Shown: positions 1-6,772 of the stretch, in pieces | Layout of the letters: the number at the start of each line of letters is the position of its first letter | Position numbering within the stretch: the stretch's first letter is position 1 | Assembly (NCBI RefSeq): GCF_018420025.1 | Contig: NZ_JAEDAM010000049.1 | Span: 1 to 6,851 of the forward strand | DNA: 6,851 nt | Source: Candidatus Vampirococcus lugosii | Lineage (GTDB): Bacteria > Patescibacteriota > Gracilibacteria > Absconditabacterales > Absconditicoccaceae | Direction: 5' to 3' | The notes under the pieces: generated by a model | What the model was told of the DNA's origin: nothing | The model's input: only the letters and a program-made list of their open reading frames with translations | Databases searched by the model: none | Translations under genes and position numbers: made by a program

Positions 1-8
1 TAAAAAAT

Positions 9-245
9 ATGAGTGAAGAAATTAAATTCCAAGATTTAACTATTGAAGCAAATGTTACTGAATCTACAACAAAAATATTAGAAGATGTTTATAGTATATA
101 TAAAGAAAATTATTCTGATGTTTGAGATAAAGAGCTTTGGGGATATCTTATAGAAGATATGTTGGAGGCATATTTGGAAAGTTCTGACGAATATAGTGAT
201 ATGGATGATTCTGATGATACTGATGATTTGGAAGATGATGAATAG
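9..245 (+). CDS. hypothetical small acidic protein (78 aa under table 25)
   Basis: ATG 9-11 to TAG 243-245 in one frame, with one in-frame TGA at 123-125 read as Gly. Translation is MSEEIKFQDLTIEANVTESTTKILEDVYSIYKENYSDVGDKELWGYLIEDMLEAYLESSDEYSDMDDSDDTDDLEDDE, ending in a poly-Asp/Glu/Ser tail. The stop lies 24 nt before the map start, suggesting co-transcription. No family recognised. Confidence 0.55.
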
Positions 246-269
246 ATTGTTTATATTATAATTTTTTTT

Positions 270-1043
270 ATGTGAAGAGCTATTATTAAGACTGAAAATC
301 AAATTAAGGTTATAAGAGATAGTGGTAAATATTTAAATGAACTTTTGTATTTAATATATCAAAATTGTAAACCTTGAGTTTCTCTTTTGGAACTTGAGGA
401 TTTGGCACAGTCTTTTATTGAGAAAAATAATTTAAAAGGTGCATTTAAATGATATATGTGATTTCCTGCAAATTTATGTTTGTCTGTAAATGATTGTGTT
501 GTGCATTGAATTCCAAATAATTATATCTTAAAAGATTGAGATTTATTGAAAGTAGATTCTTGAGTTATTTACAAAAAATGATTTTCTGATTCTGCTTTTT
601 CTATAATTATAGGTTGAGATGATAAAGATGTAGCATGAGCTGAATTAATTAAAATAACAAAAAAAGCATTGGATGTTTCTATAAATTTTTTGTTATCTGA
701 TTCTTATAGTTTTGATTATTCAAAATCTGTTCAAGATATAGTTGAAAATGCATGATTTTGTGTTATTAGGGATTTAACTGGTCATTGAGTTTGAACTAAA
801 GTTCATGAAGCACCTCATATTTTTAATTGGACACATCCTGATACTAAAAAAATTAAAATTAAAAAAAATATGGTTTTGGCTTTGGAACCGATAACTAGTT
901 TTAACTCCAAACATGTAATAAATAAAAAATGAAATTCTTGGAATTTGTATACAAGTAAATGAGATAAATGAGCTCAATGGGAGTATATGATATTGGTTAA
1001 AGATGATAATATTGAAGTTTTATCATGATTACAATTAGTTTAA
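270..1043 (+). CDS. map: methionine aminopeptidase, type I (257 aa under table 25)
   Basis: ATG 270-272 to TAA 1041-1043 is a single frame with 17 in-frame TGAs (hand count) and no TAA/TAG. The translation carries MetAP-I hallmarks: VDSGVIYKKGFSDSAFS (the two Asp metal ligands), DLTGHGVG (ggt cat TGA gtt TGA, 780-794), VHEAPHI, VLALEPI and AQWEYMILV. Codon 2 is itself TGA (M-G-R). Confidence 0.93.
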
Positions 1044-1088
1044 TAATTTGTTTTATTATTTGACCTTTTTTTTTTATTTATAAAAAAT

Positions 1089-1116
1089 AAATCCTTGATC
1101 TATTCAAGGATTTTTT
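1089..1116 (+). terminator. rho-independent terminator downstream of map
   Basis: Stem aaatccttga (1089-1098) pairs with tcaaggattt (1104-1113) around the loop tctat. The T-run continues to 1116. An A-tract upstream could allow function in both directions. Confidence 0.7.
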
Positions 1117-1173
1117 GAAATATATAAAAATATTTACTACAAATTTATAATCTTGTTTTCTTGATCTATTCAA
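1094..1173. repeat. two copies of a 14-bp motif cttgatctattcaa (1094-1107 and 1160-1173)
   Basis: Exact 14-nt direct repeat. The motif is an internal inverted repeat, TTGA-N5-TCAA. Copy 1 forms the core of the map terminator hairpin. Copy 2 lacks the flanking complementarity and the T-run. Confidence 0.6.
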
Positions 1174-1205
1174 AATTAAAATCACTTTTTTACAAAAAAA
1201 ATTAC

Positions 1206-1244
1206 ATTTTCTCTTGAAATTTTATTTTTTTTTTGTATTATAAT
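1206..1244 (+). promoter_or_regulatory. sigma70-like promoter of the groES operon
   Basis: -35 TTGAAA at 1214-1219, within the box attttctcttgaaa. -10 is TATAAT at 1239-1244 (19-nt spacer) or TATTAT at 1236-1241 (16-nt spacer). An 8-A tract lies upstream at 1194-1201. The CIRCE-like palindrome starts immediately downstream. Confidence 0.55.
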
Positions 1245-1267
1245 AGCACCTTCAAGATTGAGGTGCT
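1245..1267 (+). promoter_or_regulatory. CIRCE-like inverted repeat (putative HrcA operator)
   Basis: AGCACCT (1245-1251), N9 (tcaagattg), AGGTGCT (1261-1267). The CIRCE core AGCAC-N13-GTGCT is kept with the same spacing as the consensus TTAGCACTC-N9-GAGTGCTAA. It sits between the -10 box and groES, the canonical position. Confidence 0.6.
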
Positions 1268-1317
1268 TTAAATTGTTATTTAAAGTTTTAATTTTATATA
1301 TTTAATATAATAAAAAT

Positions 1318-1623
1318 ATGAGTAAATTATATCCTATAGAAGATAATGTTGTTGTAAAAGCTTGTAAGGAGGAAACTAAAACAAAATCTTGAATTGTTCT
1401 TCCAGAGTCCAATAAAGAAAAACCATGAAAGTGAGAAGTTGTTGCTGTTGGTGAAGGTAAAATATTAGATGATTGATCTAGATCAAAAATGGATGTTAAT
1501 GTTTGAGATATTGTATATTTTACTAAATATAGTCCTGATGAAATTGAAGTTGAAAGTGAATGAGAAAAAGTAAAATATTTAGTTCTAAAACATTCTAGTA
1601 TTTTGGCAAAAGATAAAAAATAA
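1318..1623 (+). CDS. groES: co-chaperonin GroES (101 aa under table 25)
   Basis: ATG 1318-1320 to TAA 1621-1623 with 6 in-frame TGAs. Translation is MSKLYPIEDNVVVKACKEETKTKSGIVLPESNKEKPGKGEVVAVGEGKILDDGSRSKMDVNVGDIVYFTKY... This matches the Cpn10 pattern (P-x-x-D-x-V-x-V, SGI-x-LP, G-x-V-x-AVG-x-G, GD-x-V-x-F). Confidence 0.93.
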
Positions 1624-1653
1624 TAATTTAAAATTTATTAAAAAAGTTATATT

Positions 1654-1818
1654 ATGGAAGGAAAAAATATGTCCGTAGAACAATTTTTGGGTTATAGTTT
1701 TGGTTATATAAAATGAATTATTAATAATGAAAAAATGTCAGATAATGAAAAATTAAATGAAATAAAAAAATACATAGATGATAATTCAAAAAAAATATTA
1801 TGAGAAAATCTAAAATAA
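1654..1818 (+). CDS. hypothetical small protein (54 aa) between groES and groEL
   Basis: ATG 1654-1656 to TAA 1816-1818 with 2 in-frame TGAs. Translation is MEGKNMSVEQFLGYSFGYIKGIINNEKMSDNEKLNEIKKYIDDNSKKILGENLK. An alternative in-frame ATG at 1669 is preceded by the purine-rich ggaagga (1656-1662). A 55-codon stretch free of TAA/TAG is unlikely by chance in sequence this AT-rich. No homology recognised. Confidence 0.45.
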
Positions 1819-1850
1819 TTTAAATATTTATATCTATAAATTAAAAAATA

Positions 1851-3515
1851 ATGTCAAAAATAATAAAATATCATGATGAATGAAGAAAACAAGTATATAA
1901 TGGTATACAAAAAGTTGCACAAGCAGTTATGGTAACAATGTGACCAAAAGGTAAAAATGTTATTTTGGAAAAATCATATTGAGCTCCAACAGTTACTAAT
2001 GATTGAGTTACTGTAGCAAAAGAAATTGAATTAGAAGATAAATTTGAAAATATTTGAGCTGAATTTGTAAAAGAAGCAGCTAATAAAACTAATGATGCAG
2101 CTGGTGATGGTACTACAAGTACTGTTGTTTTGTTGGATGGAATAGTTAAAGAATGATTGAGATATATAGATTCTTGAGTAAATCCTTTTGCACTTGGTAG
2201 AGGTTTACAAAAAGCAAGTGAAAAATCTATACAAGAATTGAAAGAACAATCCAAACCTATTGATACTAAAGAACAAATTAAACAAGTAGCAACAATATCG
2301 GCTCAAGATGAACAAGTTGGTGAATTAATAGCTGAAGTTATGGAAGAAGTTGGTAATGATTGAGTTGTTACAGTAGAAGAATGAAAATCAATCGGTCTAG
2401 AAAAGGAAGTAGTAAAAGGTATGCAATTTGATCAAGGTTATTTAAGTCCATATTTTATTACTGATTCTTCTAGGATGGAAGCTATATCTGAAAAATCATC
2501 AATTATAATTACTGATAAAAAAATATCTTCTATTAAAGAAATCTTGCCTTTGTTGGAACAAATTACTAATTCTGGTAAAAAAGATATAGTTTTGATAGCT
2601 GAAGATATAGAATGAGAAGCTTTGGCAACATTAGTATTAAATAAAATAAGATGAATTTTGAATGTATTAGCTATTAAAGCTCCATGATTTGGTGATAGAA
2701 AAAAAGAAATGCTTAAAGATATAGCAACTATTACTTGATGACAAGTAATAAGTGAAGAAATATGAATGAATATAGAAAATGTTGGTATGGAAGTAGTTGG
2801 TAGTGCTGATAAAATTGTTTCAAATAAAGATAATACTGTAATAATTGGTGGTAAATGACAAGAAGAAAATATTAATTCAAGAGTTCAAGAAATAAGAGTA
2901 CAAATAGAAAATACTAATTCTGATTATGATAAAGAAAAATTACAAGAAAGATTGGCTAGATTAGTATGATGAGTTGCAGTAATTAGAGTATGAGCAGCTA
3001 CAGAAACAGAAATGAAAAATAAGAAATTTAAAATAGAAGATGCTATGAATGCAACTAGAGCAGCAGTTCAAGAATGAATTGTGGCTGGTTGAGGTACAGC
3101 ACTTTTGAATATTTCAAAATCTTTAGAAAACTTTAATTTGGAAGATAAAGATGAACAAGTTGGTGTAGAAATTATAAAAAAAGCTATTCAATATCCAGCT
3201 ATACAAATAGTAAATAATGCATGATATAAAGCGGATTTAGTTATAGAAAAAGTTAAAGAATGAAATGATATTAATTATGGTTTCAATTCAAAAACTTGAG
3301 AATATGTTGATATGTTGGATGCATGAGTAATTGATCCAGTAAAAGTAGTAAGAGAATCTTTACAAAATGCTACTAGTGCGGCTAGTTTACTTTTGACTAC
3401 TGATGCAGTAATTGCAGACTCACCAAGTAAAGATGATAATAAATTATCTGATGATATGTGAGGAATGGGTTGAATGTGAGGAATGTGAGGAATGTGAATG
3501 CCTGGTATGATGTAA
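1851..3515 (+). CDS. groEL: chaperonin GroEL / Cpn60 (554 aa under table 25)
   Basis: ATG 1851-1853 to TAA 3513-3515 is one frame with 30 in-frame TGAs (hand count) and no TAA/TAG. Diagnostic motifs are VTMGPKGKNV (TGA 1941-1943), [52 protein letters not shown] (TGAs at 2967-2972 and 2991-2993), EGIVAGGG, DAGVIDPVKV and a C-terminal GGM-repeat tail. Confidence 0.97.
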
Positions 3516-3534
3516 ATCATATTTGTTGTTAAAT

Positions 3535-3567
3535 AAAAAATCTACATTATTTAGTGTAGATTTTTTT
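3535..3567 (+). terminator. rho-independent terminator downstream of groEL
   Basis: Stem aaaaaatctaca (3535-3546) pairs with tgtagatttttt (3555-3566) around the loop ttatttag. It is followed by a T-run. The stem is AT-rich, in keeping with the genome composition. Confidence 0.7.
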
Positions 3568-3629
3568 AAATTAATAAAAAATAGATTTTTAAGAAAAATT
3601 ATAATAATATTTTATATTATAAAAAAAAT

Positions 3630-3669
3630 ATTTTCTCTTGAAAATGAATTATATAACATTATATATAAT
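3630..3669 (+). promoter_or_regulatory. sigma70-like promoter of the 105-aa protein / tRNA-Arg unit
   Basis: It has the same 14-nt box attttctcttgaaa (3630-3643) as the groES promoter, with -35 TTGAAA at 3638-3643 and an 8-A tract at 3621-3628. Candidate -10 boxes are TATATA at 3662-3667 (18-nt spacer) or TATAAT at 3664-3669 (20-nt spacer). Confidence 0.4.
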
Positions 3670-3698
3670 ATATATTTTTATATATAAAATTTAGTGTA

Positions 3699-4016
3699 AT
3701 GGCTAGTAGAACTAATAAAATGTGAATATTGAAACAAAAAAAACAAGCTGAAAAACAAAAAAAACTTATTTGAGAAAGTTCAAAAAATAATTTGGAATGA
3801 CAAAAAAGAGAATATACAAATCCTAAAGGAAATTCTTATTTGTGGTTTTTTCGTGTATGAAAACTGATATGTGATATTACTTCTTGAAGGGAAGATCCAG
3901 ATTGATATAGAGCAGTAAGACAGCCAAATTCTTGAGAAGTTAGTTTTATTTATAAATGATTTGATTCATGGTGATATAGAAAATATGTAAAAAAAAATAG
4001 AAAAATTAATAGATAA
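3699..4016 (+). CDS. hypothetical basic protein (105 aa under table 25)
   Basis: ATG 3699-3701 to TAA 4014-4016 with 9 in-frame TGAs. Translation is MASRTNKMGILKQKKQAEKQKKLIGESSKNNLEGQKREYTNPKGNSYLWFFRVGKLICDITSGREDPDGYRAVRQPNSGEVSFIYKGFDSWGYRKYVKKNRKINR. Both termini are Lys/Arg-rich and the core is Gly/aromatic-rich. No family recognised. Confidence 0.55.
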
Positions 4017-4051
4017 ATATTTTTTTATGATATATTTTCTGTAATTTATAT

Positions 4052-4123
4052 AAGGGGATAGTGTAATTGGGAACACAGAGGTCTTCGGCACCTCAGTTGT
4101 CGGTTCAAGTCCGGCTCTCCTTG
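4052..4123 (+). tRNA. tRNA-Arg (anticodon UCG), 72 nt, CCA not encoded
   Basis: Hand-folded cloverleaf. Acceptor stem AAGGGGA/TCTCCTT (one G-U pair, A1:U72), then TA. D stem GTGT/ACAC with loop AATTGGGA. Anticodon stem GAGGT/ACCTC with loop C-T-TCG-G-C, placing the anticodon at 4085-4087. Variable loop AGTT. T stem GTCGG/CCGGC with loop TTCAAGT. Discriminator G at 4123, followed by a T-run. Confidence 0.85.
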
Positions 4124-4168
4124 TTTTTTTAAAACTTCTATTTGTAGATTAACATTTTTAATAAATTC

Positions 4169-4195
4169 TTGATTATATACAGTATTTGTTAGAAT
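4169..4195 (+). promoter_or_regulatory. candidate extended -10 promoter upstream of the 476-aa gene
   Basis: cTTGATT at 4168-4174 resembles the cTTGA -35 boxes of the other promoters. TGtTAGAAT at 4187-4195 fits an extended -10, but the spacer is only 15 nt. This is a weak call. Confidence 0.25.
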
Positions 4196-4278
4196 ATAAA
4201 AATATTTTTTGTGATACATAAATTTAATATAATTTTTTTGGATTAAAATAAATATTATATTGAAAATTATAATCTAAT

Positions 4279-5709
4279 ATGTATAAAGTATTCAATTTTT
4301 TAAAAATATATAATTTAGATTCAATGAATAGTAAAACATATGTAAAAAATAATTTAAAAAAATATTTTATTTATTTTGTATTGAGTTCCTTTTTTTTGCT
4401 AATTTGATTTTCATTGTATTTGTCGTATTCAAATAAATTATTGGAATCGTTTTTATTTGCAAAAGAATTTGATCCTTGATTTATTAGTAATACTGTATTT
4501 GATTATCCAAATAATTTGATGAGAGCTTGAAACTTATATAAAAATAGATTGGAAAGTGTATATATTACGAGTGATAAAAAATTATCTGATAAAGTTTCAA
4601 ATTATATTTGAAATATAGAAACATTACAATGAAATTTTGAAAAAGCTAGAGATTCTTTCCAAATTAAAAATTGGGAATATTATTTCAATACTGCTAATAC
4701 ATATTTATTTGAATGATATAGAACTTATTTGGACTGAGATTTATTTGAATCTTTTGAATTATTGTCAGAATCAATTAAAGCTTATAATAAATCGGCAAAA
4801 GTTCTTTGAGATCCAGAAGATGAATATGCTTGAGATATTATTAATAATAGGGTAATTGCTTACAGTATTAGACTTTTGATATCTGCTCAAATATGTGCTG
4901 ATATATTTTCTGATATTATTGATAATTTTGAGAAATTAATAGATAATATAGTGGATTTAATAGATAAAATCTATAATCAAATGGTTCAAATGCAATCTTG
5001 GCAAAAAGAACTTGAGGATGAATTTTTGGTTGATTGTTTGGATTCGTTGATTGAGTCAAATAAAGAATCTTATTTAAATCTTGTAAAAATAAATGAATCT
5101 GTTATTGAATATAAATATTCAGCTCTTGATATGCTTGAAGATTATATTCAACAAGATCCTTATAGTTGTGCTATTGAATCTGATAATATAAAAAATAAAT
5201 TTTTGTCAGCTTACAATTCTATGAATACTGCCTTGCAAGGATTTTATATGTCCTATAATGTATTGGATATGATAATAAAAGAAAAGGATGAAAAAACACT
5301 TAGATATTTGTGTGAAAATGCTGATAAATTTTCTGAAAATATTGATGATGCAAATGAAGAAATGAAAGATTGAATGCAATGATTGGATGAATTATTTAAT
5401 CCTGATAAATGATATAGACAAGATCCAAATAGACAACATCAAGATCCAAATTTTGATGAAGATTGAGAAGATTTATTCAATGAACAAGATGAAGAAAGGC
5501 CTAGAGCAACTGATAAAGATCCAAACTATGATATTCTTGAAGATTGAATGCAAGAAAAAATGAAAAAAGAAATGAGAGAACAATCTTGAGATCGGATACA
5601 AGAAATGTATGAAAAAAGATCTAGACCTAAATATACACCCAAAGATTATATACATGAATTATTTAATGATTTTTATGGTAAACCAGAGGATTTTGGGGAT
5701 AATTGGTAA
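4279..5709 (+). CDS. hypothetical N-terminally membrane-anchored protein with acidic repeat-bearing C-terminus (476 aa under table 25)
   Basis: One continuous frame from ATG 4279-4281, the first ATG after TAA 4270-4272, to TAA 5707-5709. It has 15 in-frame TGAs. An alternative start at ATG 4324 gives 461 aa beginning MNSKTYVKNNLKKYFIYFVLSSFFLLIGFSLYLSYS, i.e. a basic N-terminus plus one hydrophobic helix. The standard-code ORF 4876-5373 is an internal fragment of this frame. A predicted helical, Gly-poor middle region is followed by a Asp/Glu-rich tail. No family recognised. Confidence 0.7.
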
Positions 5710-5734
5710 AATTTATTAATAAATTAATTTATAA

Positions 5735-6583
5735 ATGGTAGCTTTAGAAATTTTTGGAATATCTATTTATTGGTATTGAATTTTTTATCTTTTATCTTTT
5801 GTTTTATCTTATTTATTCCTTTATTCTTTAGCAAGGTCAAACTTGCTTGATAATTATTGAAAAGTAAAAAATCTTTTAAAAAATAATTTGGATGATATTG
5901 CTTTTTACATTATTTTATGAGTTTTGCTTGGATGAAGATTAGGTTATGTAATATTTTATAATCAGAGTATTATTTTCAATAATATATGGGAAATATTTTT
6001 TATATGGCAAGGTTGAATGGCTTTTGTAGGTGGAGTAATATGAGTTTTTTTATCTATGTTATATATTAAATCAAAATATAAATTATCATATAAAGATTTT
6101 TATTTTCTTATAGATTTGATAGTTATTGTGGTGCCATTGTGAATATTTTTTGGAAGAATTGGAAATTTTTTAAATCAAGAATTATTTGGGAAAACTATAG
6201 ATGAGATTTGAAGTTCTATTTTGTATCAAAATCAAGAATTATTGGAAGCAATAAACTTAATTTATATATATGAAACAGTAGATCAAGAAAAAAGACTTAA
6301 TACTAATTTTTTGGAAAGTTTTTGAGAATGATTATTATTATTTTTGATATTCATAGTTATATTTTGGAAAAAACTAATATCTTGAAAATATAAAGTATGA
6401 TTAATATCATGATTATTTTTGTTATTATATTGAATAATTAGATTTATTATAGAATTTGGTAGAGATACTACACAGGTAAATTATATTTTGTGATTTACAA
6501 GTAGTCAATATTTTATGATAATCTTTATTATTTTATGATTTATGATATTATTTGGATTTGATAAAATGGAGAAAAAATTTTAA
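5735..6583 (+). CDS. lgt: prolipoprotein (phosphatidylglycerol) diacylglyceryl transferase (282 aa under table 25)
   Basis: ATG 5735-5737 to TAA 6581-6583 with 16 in-frame TGAs. The protein is polytopic and hydrophobic with Lgt signature blocks: IYWYGIFY (tat TGG tat TGA, 5768-5779), LGGRLGYV, WQGGMAFVGG, GRIGNFLNQELFG, FLESFGEGLLLF and LYGIIRFIIEFGRD. It starts 25 nt after the upstream gene, so the two are probably co-transcribed. Confidence 0.9.
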
Positions 6584-6610
6584 TTTATTTTAATTTATGA
6601 GATTATGACG

Positions 6611-6640
6611 AGGGAATGTAGAATTATACATTCTTTTTTT
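6611..6640 (+). terminator. rho-independent terminator downstream of lgt
   Basis: Stem gaatgta (6614-6620) pairs with tacattc (6627-6633) around the loop gaatta. G-U and A-U pairs can extend the stem. A 7-T run follows at 6634-6640. Confidence 0.7.
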
Positions 6641-6679
6641 GTTTAACAGTTTTTTAGTACAAAAAATAGATAAAAAAAC

Positions 6680-6708
6680 TTGACTTTTTGGATTAAATTG
6701 TTTACAAT
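6680..6708 (+). promoter_or_regulatory. near-consensus sigma70 promoter
   Basis: -35 TTGACT at 6680-6685, a 17-nt spacer, and -10 TACAAT at 6703-6708. A 7-A tract lies upstream at 6672-6678. This is the best -35/-10 match in the window. Confidence 0.6.
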
Positions 6709-6716
6709 TATATTAG

Positions 6717-6736
6717 ACTGTATTATTGAATACAGT
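6717..6736. promoter_or_regulatory. perfect 20-bp palindrome at the predicted transcript start (operator or 5' stem-loop)
   Basis: ACTGTATT (6717-6724), ATTG, AATACAGT (6729-6736): 8-bp arms with no mismatches. It begins about 9 nt after the -10 box and lies 37 nt upstream of the ATG at 6773. Confidence 0.4.
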
Positions 6737-6772
6737 AAATTACTTTTATTTATATACTAATACAAAAATAAA

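Noticed and set aside
78-2254. Minus-strand ORFs 78-302, 774-977 and 1871-2254 (and likewise 5473-5655)
   Set aside because: All lie antisense to well-supported + strand genes and translate to Ile/Phe/Asn-rich low-complexity sequence with no recognisable motifs.
2421-2615. 64-aa and 165-aa (4876-5373) standard-code ORFs as independent small genes
   Set aside because: Both are internal fragments, of groEL and of the 476-aa gene respectively. They are bounded only by in-frame TGAs that are sense codons here.
3275-3520. Minus-strand 81-aa ORF with PHIPHI repeats, or the tgaggaatg tandem repeat as a microsatellite or CRISPR-like array
   Set aside because: It is the antisense shadow of the groEL 3' end. 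The tandem repeat is the coding sequence of the GGM tail, and there is no spacer/repeat organisation.
4052-4123. This tRNA as the UGA-decoding tRNA-Gly(UCA) responsible for the recoding
   Set aside because: The anticodon loop reads C-T-T-C-G-G-C, so the anticodon is UCG (Arg, reading CGA/CGG), not UCA. The acceptor stem (A1:U72, discriminator G) also lacks the usual bacterial tRNA-Gly features. The UGA decoder must lie elsewhere in the genome.
4124-4278. Integration of a mobile element or genomic island at the 3' end of tRNA-Arg, since orphan genes follow it
   Set aside because: I found no second copy of the tRNA 3' segment (ggttcaagtccggctctcc) downstream in the window and no integrase or transposase-like ORF. 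The downstream genes have the same composition and TGA usage as the housekeeping genes.
4637-4855. 72-aa standard-code ORF from the supplied track
   Set aside because: It is in a different frame from the continuous table-25 ORF 4279-5709 that spans it. Its translation is low-complexity Ile/Leu/Asn typical of out-of-frame AT-rich sequence.
270-6583. map, groES, groEL and lgt as pseudogenes full of nonsense mutations (a decaying locus)
   Set aside because: All interruptions are TGA. None are TAA/TAG and there are no frameshifts. The TGAs coincide with conserved Gly positions, and catalytic and structural motifs are intact. Random decay would not produce this pattern.
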